From the NCBI GenBank assembly GCA_963711835.1, contig CAVQFQ010000016.1, positions 64,001 through 128,000 on the forward strand: a stretch of DNA of 64,000 bases. The letters run 5' to 3'. The stretch's first letter is position 1; every line of letters begins with the position of its first letter. Below the pieces are notes generated by a model. It saw only the letters and a list, made by a program, of their open reading frames with translations, was not told the DNA's origin and made no database searches. Origin of the DNA: an uncultured delta proteobacterium (GTDB lineage Bacteria > Desulfobacterota > RBG-13-43-22). The translations under genes and the position numbers were made by a program. This document shows, piece by piece, positions 42,157 through 51,136 of this stretch.

Positions 42157-43590
42157 ATGAAACCAAAGGTGATCATCAGGCGCTGTGAGGTTTACGATGC
42201 GGACCGGATCGCGGGAATCGTCAAAGAGGGAATGGAAGAGTTGGGGATCAGACCCGAAGGACGAATCCTGTTAAAACCCAATGTGGTTATGGCCCACCCT
42301 GAGATTTTCCCTTATGCCTTTACCCGAAAGGAATTCCTGGATGGCGTTATCGCAGCGACTAAAGCGCGGGCTCAAAATGTCAAAGAAATCGCGGTCGGAG
42401 AGCGATCGGGGATCACCATCCCCACCCGCTTCAATTTTAAGAATGCCGGCTATCCGGAAATTATCAGAAAACACAAGATAAAGACCTATTATTTTGATGA
42501 AAGCAAGCAGGTCCCGCACCATCTCAAGCATGAAGGCCGACTCCGCGACCTGATCTTTGTGCCTAAACCCATTGCCGACTGTGACTTCCTCATCAACCTG
42601 CCTAAATTCAAGGCCCATCCCTGGACCCGCCTGACCTTGAGCCTGAAGAATTTTATCGGCCTTCAGGATGACCGCCACCGCCTGGTGGATCATAACAGCT
42701 TCCTGGAAGAAAAAATCGCCGACCTGCAGGAGGTCATTCAACCCAAGTTCATTGCCATCGATGGGATCATTGCCGGCCAAAAGATGATGCTCACCCCCAC
42801 CCCCTTTGACCTGGGGGCGATTGTCATGGGCAGCAACTCCTGCGCCGTCGATACCGTGGGCTGCCGCATGGTCAGTGTGGATCCCAAGGATCTGGTCCAC
42901 CTCAGACTGGCTTCGGAAAGAGGTTTCGGCCCCATGAGCCTTGACGAGATTGAGGTAGGCGGGGATTTTCCCCTGGAGGAGATCCAGGAAAAAACCAGGA
43001 ATTTTCAATTCTGCCTGGAACCGGTGAATTCCTATTTCGGTCCGGAGAGCAACTTGACCTGTACGGTAGGCACCTTTCCGGAAGCCCACTCTCCCGATTA
43101 CTGCTGGGGAGGATGCCCGGGAGCCCTGCAGGAGGCCATGCATATCTTTCGAGGCTTCTATCCCACTGTGGACCGGGATATGAAAAAAGTCCGCTACGTA
43201 GTGGGCAAGGTGGAAGGATCACTGGATCTGGCTGAAGATGAACGGGTTCTGTTTGCCGGAAATTGTACCAGTTGGGAGGGGAACCTCAACGGCCGGCGAG
43301 TCAAGATTGAAAGCTCTTATAAACCCACCCGGGCCGTAGATGCCCGCAAGACCAGATCAAACGATCTTTTTTTAAAAATTTCCAAAGCCGTCTGGCAGTG
43401 TTTACGGTATCGCCATTCCCGTTACCTCCACATGAAAGGCTGCACCCTTTCCGTAGCCGACCACGTCAATTACCTGTCCTCAGTGGGGAAGATAAAAAAC
43501 CCCAATTTTGATCCCCGCCTGGCCATCCCGGTCACCCTGGCCTATTTTCGGATGCAGGCCAACAGGCTTTTTAACCGCTTGACCGGCTGA
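42157..43590 (+). CDS. DUF362 domain Fe-S protein
   Basis: ILLKPNVV, INLPKFKAH, LSLKNFIG, IDGII, AVDTV, CWGGC. Confidence 0.88.
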   Translation: MKPKVIIRRCEVYDADRIAGIVKEGMEELGIRPEGRILLKPNVVMAHPEIFPYAFTRKEFLDGVIAATKARAQNVKEIAVGERSGITIPTRFNFKNAGYPEIIRKHKIKTYYFDESKQVPHHLKHEGRLRDLIFVPKPIADCDFLINLPKFKAHPWTRLTLSLKNFIGLQDDRHRLVDHNSFLEEKIADLQEVIQPKFIAIDGIIAGQKMMLTPTPFDLGAIVMGSNSCAVDTVGCRMVSVDPKDLVHLRLASERGFGPMSLDEIEVGGDFPLEEIQEKTRNFQFCLEPVNSYFGPESNLTCTVGTFPEAHSPDYCWGGCPGALQEAMHIFRGFYPTVDRDMKKVRYVVGKVEGSLDLAEDERVLFAGNCTSWEGNLNGRRVKIESSYKPTRAVDARKTRSNDLFLKISKAVWQCLRYRHSRYLHMKGCTLSVADHVNYLSSVGKIKNPNFDPRLAIPVTLAYFRMQANRLFNRLTG

Positions 43591-43740
43591 TTTTTAATCG
43601 GCCCCTCCTGAAGGGTGAAATCGCCATCTCCTTTTTCCCCCGCCGTTAGGGAAAGGACGAAAGGAACCGTCTCCTTGATCCAAAAACAAAAAAGGTTGCT
43701 CGGAAGGGGGGGAAATGGTATAGAGCATCCATAGTTAATT

Positions 43741-43919
43741 GAGACCTTTGAAAAATAGCCGCAGGTCATGGCCAACCAGAACCTGTGTTGCCTGGTGTTT
43801 AGGGCGAAATGTGTAGTCCGCTACCTCCTCTGAATTCAAAGTGATTTTCGCCTCGTCGCCCTCTTCGTCCCGCCTCGGCGGACTTCCATTAACTCACATT
43901 TGAGATTTTAAAGGTTCTT
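43741..43919. mobile_element. Possible degenerate MITE
   Basis: Imperfect terminal IRs gagacctttgaaaaat / attttaaaggttctt in the intergenic region. Confidence 0.35.
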
Positions 43920-44002
43920 CAATTTTTGCCCCTCTCGGGTCCGAATTAAAAAAAGATGATCGTAAAAATGGCCTGCGATAATGCCGGGAAGAAAATTTAT
44001 TA

Positions 44003-44989
44003 GTGGAAAAAATTAATATCAGGGGAACGGGATCCTTTATACCCCAAAAGGTGGTGCCGAATTCCTATTTTGAAGGAATTGTAGATACTTCCAACGAATG
44101 GATCATTACCCGAACCGGGATTCATGAGAGAAGGATGATTTTGCCCGGGCAAGCCCTGACCGATATCGCCGCTCCGGCTGCGGAGAGGGCACTGGAGATG
44201 GCCGGCATTTCACCCGAAGAACTGGATTTGATCATTGTGGGGACCTCCACAGCGGATATGCTTTCTCCTTCGGCCGGCTGCATTCTCCAACATAAGATAG
44301 GAGCCGGCAATGCCGTGGCCTTTGATATCAATGCCGCCTGTCCCGGGTTCATTTACGGCCTGGCGGTGGCCCAAAAATTTCTGCAGGATGGCTCCCATCG
44401 TCTGGCCCTGGTTGTGGGAGGAGAGATCGTCTCTCAAAGAATCGACTATCAGGATCGGGCCACTTGTGTACTTTTTGGAGACGGGGCCGGGGCGGCCGTA
44501 TTAGGCCACTCCAAAGGGGATGAAGACGGAGAACTCATCTCCACCCAAATTCAATCGGACGGAAATCTCTGGGGATTGCTGAATGTGCCGGGAGGGGGCT
44601 CTTTAAATCCCCCCACCTACCGGATGATCGACGAGGGACTGCACTATGTCAAGATGCAGGGGAACGAGGTTTTCAAGCACGCCGTACGTTCCATGGTGGA
44701 TGCGGCCAGGAAAACCATGAACAGCAACGGGGTTTCCAAGAAAAAAATCGACTGGTTCATCCCCCATCAGGCCAACATCCGGATTATGGAGGTTGTGGCC
44801 AAACAATTGGAGATCCCTATGGAAAAGGTGATCGTCACCGTTCACAAATACGGCAACACCTCGGCTGCCACCATCCCCACGGCCCTGGATGAAGCGGTAC
44901 GATCCGGTCAGATCCAGCGGGGGGATTTGGTCCTGGTGGCTTCTTTCGGAGCCGGATTTACCTGGGGAGCGGCCTTATTTAGATTCTGA
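44003..44989 (+). CDS. fabH: Beta-ketoacyl-ACP synthase III
   Basis: NAACPGF, LFGDGAGA, PHQANIRI, YGNTSAA, FGAGFTW. Confidence 0.95.
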   Translation: MEKINIRGTGSFIPQKVVPNSYFEGIVDTSNEWIITRTGIHERRMILPGQALTDIAAPAAERALEMAGISPEELDLIIVGTSTADMLSPSAGCILQHKIGAGNAVAFDINAACPGFIYGLAVAQKFLQDGSHRLALVVGGEIVSQRIDYQDRATCVLFGDGAGAAVLGHSKGDEDGELISTQIQSDGNLWGLLNVPGGGSLNPPTYRMIDEGLHYVKMQGNEVFKHAVRSMVDAARKTMNSNGVSKKKIDWFIPHQANIRIMEVVAKQLEIPMEKVIVTVHKYGNTSAATIPTALDEAVRSGQIQRGDLVLVASFGAGFTWGAALFRF

Positions 44990-46349
44990 CCTGGCCGCCC
45001 TGGGCCGATGAGACCGCTCGAACAAAATTAAAACAGTCGAAGTCCTGATGGGAGACAAAACCCAGTTCCACATCTACCGTCCAGGCCGCCACATAGGAAC
45101 GCCGATCGGCACTCCAAAGGGATCTCTTGCGGCGATCGAATAAGGGGGGGATACAAGATTCATCACGCCTTGAAACCGGCTCCAGGATGGAAAGCAGTTC
45201 ATCGATCGTAGGCAGACGCCAATCCGACAAACCGGCCAAACCTGTCCTATTCAACTGATCCAGATAGCCCTGGACCTGAAACCGGTTTAAAGGAAAATCC
45301 GATCCGGCCTGCTGCCAGACCAGGTTGGTGGTCCGGTCAAAAATGGTTTGCTCTTTCCCGAGCCGGAAGGCCTTCCGGCTATATCGATAAGGACGCCCCA
45401 GCGCATCCAGTCCGAAATAGTCTCTGGCCTGGGTCGGGCCCATCTTAACGGGGCGACTGCGCCGTCTTCCCTGACCATTCTCTGTCATTGGGTAACGATT
45501 ATTGCCGGGTTCGGCCTCTAAACAGATCCGGTCCTTTCCGGACTCCCAGACCTTGGCCAGTTCGTCCAATGCTCCAATCATTTCCCGGGCGCTGTTGAAT
45601 CGTTGTTCTCTTTTGGGGGCCATGGCTCGGAACACAAATTCATCCCAGGTCTTATCGAGTTCGTCATGGAACCGGCTTGGCTTTTTAAGCGGCTCCAGAG
45701 GAAGAAAACCGAGCAGGAGGCGATAGAGTAATACCCCGACCGCGTAAAGGTCCGCCCGGCCATCCACCAGATTGGGATTCTCCTCCTGTTCCGGGGCGGC
45801 ATAATAGGGGGACCCCACTTTGAGATTGGAAGGGGTTACTATCATTTCACCGCGCAGGCGCGAGAGCCCGAAATCGCTGATCTTAACCAGGTCTTCATCG
45901 GTTATCAGGAGGTTAAAAGGTTTGATGTCCCGATGGACGATTTCGGCCTGATGAAGACGAGCCAGCCCTTCCAGAGTTTGACGAATATACCAGAGGGCTT
46001 TATCCGGAGGGATCTTCCTGGAGGGCTGTTCCAGTTGATAGCTTTCCCCCATCAGCAGCCCGAGATTATTGCAATAATAGTCCATGAGGAAAAAAGGCCG
46101 TCCCTCAACTTCGTCAAAATCCTTGATGTCGACGATATGGGGATGGCGTAGGGAGGCAATTATTTTGGCTTCCGCCAGGAACCGTTTCTTAATCTCTTCT
46201 TCTCCCAGGAGGGCAATCAGATTGGGATGAGGTCGGAAGAGTTTCAGGGCTTCAACCTTTTGAATCAAGGGAAGGCGCACCTTATAGACGACACTCATAC
46301 CCCCTTGACCGAGGAGCCCGACGATTTCATATCTTCCGATGCGGCGCAT
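44979..46349 (-). CDS. Hanks-type Ser/Thr protein kinase with C-terminal DUF1566 (Lcl) domain
   Basis: LGQGGMSVVY, HRDIKPFN, DFG, YAAPE; DRTTNLVWQQ...DWRLPTIDEL...FVRAV. Confidence 0.9.
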   Translation of the reverse strand: MRRIGRYEIVGLLGQGGMSVVYKVRLPLIQKVEALKLFRPHPNLIALLGEEEIKKRFLAEAKIIASLRHPHIVDIKDFDEVEGRPFFLMDYYCNNLGLLMGESYQLEQPSRKIPPDKALWYIRQTLEGLARLHQAEIVHRDIKPFNLLITDEDLVKISDFGLSRLRGEMIVTPSNLKVGSPYYAAPEQEENPNLVDGRADLYAVGVLLYRLLLGFLPLEPLKKPSRFHDELDKTWDEFVFRAMAPKREQRFNSAREMIGALDELAKVWESGKDRICLEAEPGNNRYPMTENGQGRRRSRPVKMGPTQARDYFGLDALGRPYRYSRKAFRLGKEQTIFDRTTNLVWQQAGSDFPLNRFQVQGYLDQLNRTGLAGLSDWRLPTIDELLSILEPVSRRDESCIPPLFDRRKRSLWSADRRSYVAAWTVDVELGFVSHQDFDCFNFVRAVSSAQGGQVRI

Positions 46350-46352
46350 TTT

Positions 46353-47078
46353 TTACCAGAGCCGCCGGGCGTTGGATTCAGGGAAGCCCAAGGCGATTAT
46401 CTTTTCGGCGGTTCGGGCAATGTCGTACGGGAGGAAGCGGACCTCCAGGGTTTGGGCGGCGTCGTCCCAAATGACATACTTGGCCTTGTTGTCGCCGTCC
46501 CGGGGTTGCCCGACACTCCCCACGTTGATCAGGTAGCGGCCATTTTTTTTCAGCAGGTGCTTCCCCTCCCCCAGGGGTTCGCTGAATACCCGGCCACCGT
46601 CAAAGGCAATCAGAATGAGGTCGTGGGTGTGACCGATGAAGGCCATCCTTTCCTTCATCCGGCCGAAAAGCTCCTTCAGTCCCACATTTGAATATTCAAA
46701 GAGGTAGGTCGTGATCGAATCGGGCGGACAGCCGTGCACAAAGCGGCAATCTCCAACAAGCAGGAAGGGTTTCAGCCCCTGGAAATAGGTCAGGGTTTCC
46801 GGGGATAATAATTTTTTGGTCAGCTTCAGCGATTCACGGGTTGATTGGTTAAACCATTTTAAAAACCTTGGATCCACCAGCCCCAATTCATGATTGCCCA
46901 TGACGGAGGGAATCCGTCTTTTTCGAACCAGCCGGACCACCTCCATGGGGTCCGGCCCGTAGCCGACCAGGTCTCCCAGGCTGATGACCAGATCAAGGTG
47001 ACGCCGGTCCAGGTCCTGCAGGACCTTTCGCAAGGCCTCCAGATTAGCATGGATATCCGATAAGACTGCCACCCGCAT
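46353..47078 (-). CDS. Metallophosphoesterase family protein
   Basis: SDIHAN, LGDLVGYG, GNHE, GHTH, NVGSVGQPRD. Confidence 0.92.
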   Translation of the reverse strand: MRVAVLSDIHANLEALRKVLQDLDRRHLDLVISLGDLVGYGPDPMEVVRLVRKRRIPSVMGNHELGLVDPRFLKWFNQSTRESLKLTKKLLSPETLTYFQGLKPFLLVGDCRFVHGCPPDSITTYLFEYSNVGLKELFGRMKERMAFIGHTHDLILIAFDGGRVFSEPLGEGKHLLKKNGRYLINVGSVGQPRDGDNKAKYVIWDDAAQTLEVRFLPYDIARTAEKIIALGFPESNARRLW

Positions 47079-47334
47079 AAGCCCGGTTTAAAATAACCCC
47101 TTCGTGTTGGATTCTTGCATCCCTGATCTGAGGATTCATCTCTAACTCTTTTTGTAAGCCATCAAATCCGCCGCGGCGGACTCCCCTCCCCGAAGAGGAT
47201 GTGTCACAACTCGTCATCCCGGCCAAGGGAGCCGGGATCCACATAATAGTATCTTTCAGGTCATTCCTTGTAAAGAGTAAAAGCGCGATCCGGATTCTCT
47301 TGACCCCTTTGAGTTAATCAGGCATATTTAAATC

Positions 47335-48405
47335 ATGCAAATCGGAATCCTCGGGCTTCCCCAATCGGGTAAAACAACTATCTTCCAGGCCCTGGCCGGC
47401 GGCGAAAAAGCGGTTTCGGTTTTTTCCTCGGGTCAAATCGACATTCACACCGCCGTAGCCGAAGTCCCGGATCCGCGTCTGGACCGCTTAGGGGAGATGT
47501 TCCAGCCCGAGAAGATCACTCCGGCCAGGGTGACCTATGCCGATATAGCCGGCCTTGATAAGGGAGTCAGCCGGAAAGGCCTGCCGGGGTCTTTTCTAAA
47601 CCTCCTGGGTCAAATGGATGCCTTCCTTCATGTGATCAGGGCCTTTGAAAATCCGGCGGTATCTCACGGCGAAGGATCGATCAATCCCAGGCGTGATCTG
47701 GGCCTGCTGGATACGGAACTGCTGCTCCAGGACCTGACCACGGTGGACCGGCGTCTTCAAAAATTAGTGGAAGGGATGAAGAAGAGCGCCCTGGATAAGG
47801 AGCAGGCCTTAAAAGAAAAAACACTTTTTGAAAGGATGCGGACTTCCCTGGAAGGAGAGAACCCGCTTCGGGATCTGGACTTCGAACCGGAGGAGATAAA
47901 GCTGTTGCGCGGTTACGGTTTCCTTTCTCTCAAGCCGGTGCTGGTTATCGTCAATACCGGTGACGATGGGAAAGGCCCGGAAATCCCTTATGATCACCGG
48001 GACAGCGCCCTCGTTTATCTGCCGGGGAGATTAGAAAGGGAACTGGCCGAATTGTCCGATGAGGAGGCCGGCCTGTTCATGGAAGAATATTCCCTGAAGG
48101 AACTGAGTCGGAGCCGGGTTATCCGGCTTTCTTATGATTTGCTGGGCTTGCAGTCCTTCTTTACCGTGGGAGAAGATGAGGTCCGGGCCTGGACCATAAA
48201 AAGGGGGGCTACCGCTCTGGAAGCGGCGGCCACGGTTCATTCCGATCTGGCTAAAGGATTTATTCGAGCCGAGGTGATACCCTATGAGGAATTAGTGGAT
48301 TTAGGCGGATTGACCCAGGCCAAAAATAAAGGAAAATTGAGACTGGAAGGAAAGGATTATCCGGTTAAAGACGGGGAGATCGTCCATATCCGGCATAGCT
48401 CCTGA
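47335..48405 (+). CDS. ychF: Redox-regulated ATPase YchF
   Basis: GLPQSGKTT, VPDPRL, DIAGL, FFTVGEDEVRAW, GFIRAE, LEGKDY. Confidence 0.93.
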   Translation: MQIGILGLPQSGKTTIFQALAGGEKAVSVFSSGQIDIHTAVAEVPDPRLDRLGEMFQPEKITPARVTYADIAGLDKGVSRKGLPGSFLNLLGQMDAFLHVIRAFENPAVSHGEGSINPRRDLGLLDTELLLQDLTTVDRRLQKLVEGMKKSALDKEQALKEKTLFERMRTSLEGENPLRDLDFEPEEIKLLRGYGFLSLKPVLVIVNTGDDGKGPEIPYDHRDSALVYLPGRLERELAELSDEEAGLFMEEYSLKELSRSRVIRLSYDLLGLQSFFTVGEDEVRAWTIKRGATALEAAATVHSDLAKGFIRAEVIPYEELVDLGGLTQAKNKGKLRLEGKDYPVKDGEIVHIRHSS

Positions 48406-48412
48406 AGAAAAA

Positions 48413-48901
48413 AATCGCATCCGAAATCCGAAACACGAAATTCGAAACCAATACGAATTTTAAAAATCCAAATTATTAAGCCAAAAGGTTTAGAATTTGG
48501 GATAGTCCCAAAGTTACATGATTCTCAAACCGAAGGGGTAGCCTCTTAATATTAAATCACCTCAAAGGGCTTCAGGGGTCTTGATTTCAAGGTTGTCCGA
48601 AAGGTAATCCGTAGCCCCAACCCGGCCCGAATTTCTAAGTTGGTTGGGAGCCGGGCATTCACCCAAGACGATAAATAGCTTTGGTGTTGGCCTGTTTCTA
48701 AACCCCACTTATAAACTTCCTGCCCGGGTTCAGGCTGCCGGCGTTTTGGCGGACAATCCTTGAAATCAAGACCCCCGAAGCCCTCTATGAATAGAGTGCT
48801 TAAAAATCACGTAACTTTGGAACAAACTCTAGAATTTTGATATTGGGTCATTTGGATTTGTTTCGTCCGCCGCGGCGGATCGATATTCGGATTTCGAATT
48901 T
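48413..48901. repeat. Heptamer-periodic inverted repeat (CGAAATC / GATTTCG) hosting MITE copy 2
   Basis: Left arm ccgaaatccgaaacacgaaattcgaaac; right arm gtttcg...tcgatattcggatttcgaattt. Confidence 0.6.
48499..48829. mobile_element. MITE copy 2 (331 bp), ends in opposite orientation to copy 1 but core in the same orientation
   Basis: 8-bp TSD TAGAATTT (48491-48498 and 48830-48837); TIRs gggatagtcccaaagttacatgatt / aatcacgtaactttggaacaaactc; inner IRs at 48566-48598 and 48751-48784. Confidence 0.88.
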
Positions 48902-48922
48902 AATATCAAAGTCTGATCTAAT

Positions 48923-49951
48923 ATGCCCATTCCAGGAAACTTATTGACCACGGCCATGGCGGTCATGCCCCACCGCGATGTGGACCGGGCTTTGCAACAA
49001 GCCTTGTCGCTGGACATCCCCTTTTGGCCCCAACTGCCCCATGTCAGTTATTATGAAGATATGTATGTCCAGGCTTCGGAGCACTTTCCCGGTATCCTGG
49101 TGGACCATGAAAATCGGACCCTTCGTTTTTCCCGGGAAAAGTTCGCCCTGGAACTGGAAGAGGCCCTCAGCCGTTTTGAGGAACCTGATTTTTTTGATAT
49201 CAGCCCCGAGTATTCGGTGGTCTATCACCGTTTCCTGGATCTCGATTTGTCGGATCGACCCGCCATTCGGGGGCAAATCGAAGGGCCGATCAGCTTCGGC
49301 CTCAATGTGCCCGACCTGGAGGGGCGGCCGATCCTCTTTGATGATACGGTCCGTCCTTTCCTGCTGGAATTCATGGCCCAGCGGGTAAATGCCCAGTCCA
49401 GACGGCTCAAGCAGAAAAACCCCCAGGCCTTTATGTACGTGGATGAACCGGGGCTGCAGTTCCTATTCAGCGCCCTGGCCGGGTATGGCGACCAGGCGGC
49501 CCGGAAGGATATGGAATTTTTCTTTTCCCTGATCGAGAGACCCCGAGGGGTTCATTTGTGCGGAAATCCGGATTGGGACTTTTTGCTCGGGCTGGATCTG
49601 GACATTCTTTCTCTGGATGTCTATACCAATGGAGAGGTCTTTTCCTCGTACACCAAATCCATCACCCGATTTTTGGAACGGGGTGCGGTCCTGGCCTGGG
49701 GCATTGTGCCCACCAATTTTGAGCCTTTCGGGCAGGAGAATTTGGAAACCCTGGAAACCCGTCTCCTGGAAATCTGGAAGGCCCTGGAAAAAAAGGGGAT
49801 TGACCGGGAATTCCTTTTATCCCGGAGCCTTCTTTCTCCGGCCACCTGCTGTCTGGTCAATCCCGATGGCGAGAAGACGGTGGAACAGGCCTTTGCTTTG
49901 ATCAAAAAACTGTCAGAAAGACTTCGAACTCGGTTCAACCTGAGTCATTAA
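48923..49951 (+). CDS. Cobalamin-independent methionine synthase-like core-domain protein
   Basis: PFWPQLP, GQIEGPIS, VDEPGL, GVHLCG, WGIVPT, LSPATCC. Confidence 0.7.
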   Translation: MPIPGNLLTTAMAVMPHRDVDRALQQALSLDIPFWPQLPHVSYYEDMYVQASEHFPGILVDHENRTLRFSREKFALELEEALSRFEEPDFFDISPEYSVVYHRFLDLDLSDRPAIRGQIEGPISFGLNVPDLEGRPILFDDTVRPFLLEFMAQRVNAQSRRLKQKNPQAFMYVDEPGLQFLFSALAGYGDQAARKDMEFFFSLIERPRGVHLCGNPDWDFLLGLDLDILSLDVYTNGEVFSSYTKSITRFLERGAVLAWGIVPTNFEPFGQENLETLETRLLEIWKALEKKGIDREFLLSRSLLSPATCCLVNPDGEKTVEQAFALIKKLSERLRTRFNLSH

Positions 49952-49969
49952 ACTGAAAAGGAAAGGAAT

Positions 49970-50128
49970 ATGAGCGAGAAAACCCATACCTTGGGAAGGG
50001 TTTTTATTGAAAGACTGCCTTATACCGGCGATCTGCTCCAGGTTCTGAACGAATTTTGCGGGAAAAGGAAGGTTACAAACGGGACCCTGTCCCTTATCGG
50101 GGCTGCCGCGATCCTCAAACGGGTTTGA
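49970..50128 (+). pseudogene. Truncated PPC/DUF296 DNA-binding protein fragment
   Basis: MSEKTHTLGRVFIERLPYTGDLLQVLNEFCGKRKVTNGTLSLIGAA resembles the DUF296 N-terminus and stops after 52 aa. AAGGA RBS. Confidence 0.6.
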
Positions 50129-50190
50129 ATCTTTGGCAAATTTGACAAGCCGATTCGGCCGGAGTATAGTTTCAGCCTTGGAACCCCCTC

Positions 50191-50883
50191 ATGGATACCC
50201 AATCCTATGATAAGACCATTGAAGCCTTGACCCTGATCAGCAAGGCCATTACCTCGGATCAATATCTGGAGGATATCTTGCGCTTGATCGTTCTGGTCAC
50301 AGCCGAGGCCATGAATTCCAAGGTTTGTTCCTTGTGGTTATTGGATGACAAAACCCAGTCTTTGACTATCCGGGCCACGCAAAGCATCAATCGGGAATAC
50401 TTAAAGAAAAGGTCGCTCAAGGTGGGCGAAGGCGTTGTAGGTTATGTGGCCGCAGACAATAAACCCTACCATTCCCTAAACGTTTTGGAAGACAACCGAT
50501 TTAAGGAAAAGGCCTTGGCTCGAAAGTTGGGGCTCATTTCTTTGCTGAGTGTGCCCATGAGTGTCCGCGACCGGGTGATCGGGGTCATTAATTGTTATAC
50601 CTCGGTCCCCCATCACTTTTCCGAAACGGAGCAGAATCTCTTTACCACCCTAGCCAACCAGGCTGCTCTGGCCATCTTTAATACCGAGTTGATGGTCAAG
50701 ACCAAGGTCATCCAGGAAGAACTGGAAATCCGCAAACTGGTGGAGCGGGCCAAGGATGTCCTGATCCGGCGAAGAAAGATGAATGGCGAAGAGGCCTTTC
50801 GCTGGATTCAGAAGCGGAGCATGGATTCCCGCAAATCCATGCGGGAGGTGGCCGAGGCCGTTCTCCTCTCCGAAGAGCTTTAA
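50191..50883 (+). CDS. GAF-ANTAR RNA-binding antiterminator
   Basis: GAF (GEGVVGYVA, LLSVPM, VIGVIN) plus ANTAR (RKLVERAKDVL...EAFRWIQKRSMD...MREVAEAV). Confidence 0.93.
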   Translation: MDTQSYDKTIEALTLISKAITSDQYLEDILRLIVLVTAEAMNSKVCSLWLLDDKTQSLTIRATQSINREYLKKRSLKVGEGVVGYVAADNKPYHSLNVLEDNRFKEKALARKLGLISLLSVPMSVRDRVIGVINCYTSVPHHFSETEQNLFTTLANQAALAIFNTELMVKTKVIQEELEIRKLVERAKDVLIRRRKMNGEEAFRWIQKRSMDSRKSMREVAEAVLLSEEL

Positions 50884-51020
50884 ACCCTCCGACTTCTTTC
50901 CTGAAAAAATTTTCCCGATACATTTAGCAAAACTTAAACTGAATAGAAAAAATTAGTAAAAATTTCTTGACAACGATAGTAAGTTAAGCTAAAAACTATT
51001 TTTATAAAGAAGTAATAATA

Positions 51021-51107
51021 ATAATTTCGCCCAATGGTGTGCGAAATTATCCCTCAATGAAGACAAGGGCGTCTTTTCCGATGTGGTGAAGACGCCCTTT
51101 TTATTTT
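51021..51107 (+). promoter_or_regulatory. ANTAR dual-hairpin target overlapping an intrinsic terminator
   Basis: Hairpin 1 loop AATGGT (51033-51038) and hairpin 2 aagac-AAGGGC-gtctt, both with A1/G4; terminator aagggcgtctt...aagacgccctt-tttatttt. Confidence 0.85.
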
Positions 51108-51136
51108 AAAAAAATGGAGAGTAAGGAGGATGAGGT

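Noticed and set aside
48413-48901. Possible CRISPR array or structured ncRNA
   Set aside because: No regularly spaced direct repeats with unique spacers; explained by heptamer repeats and a TSD-flanked MITE.
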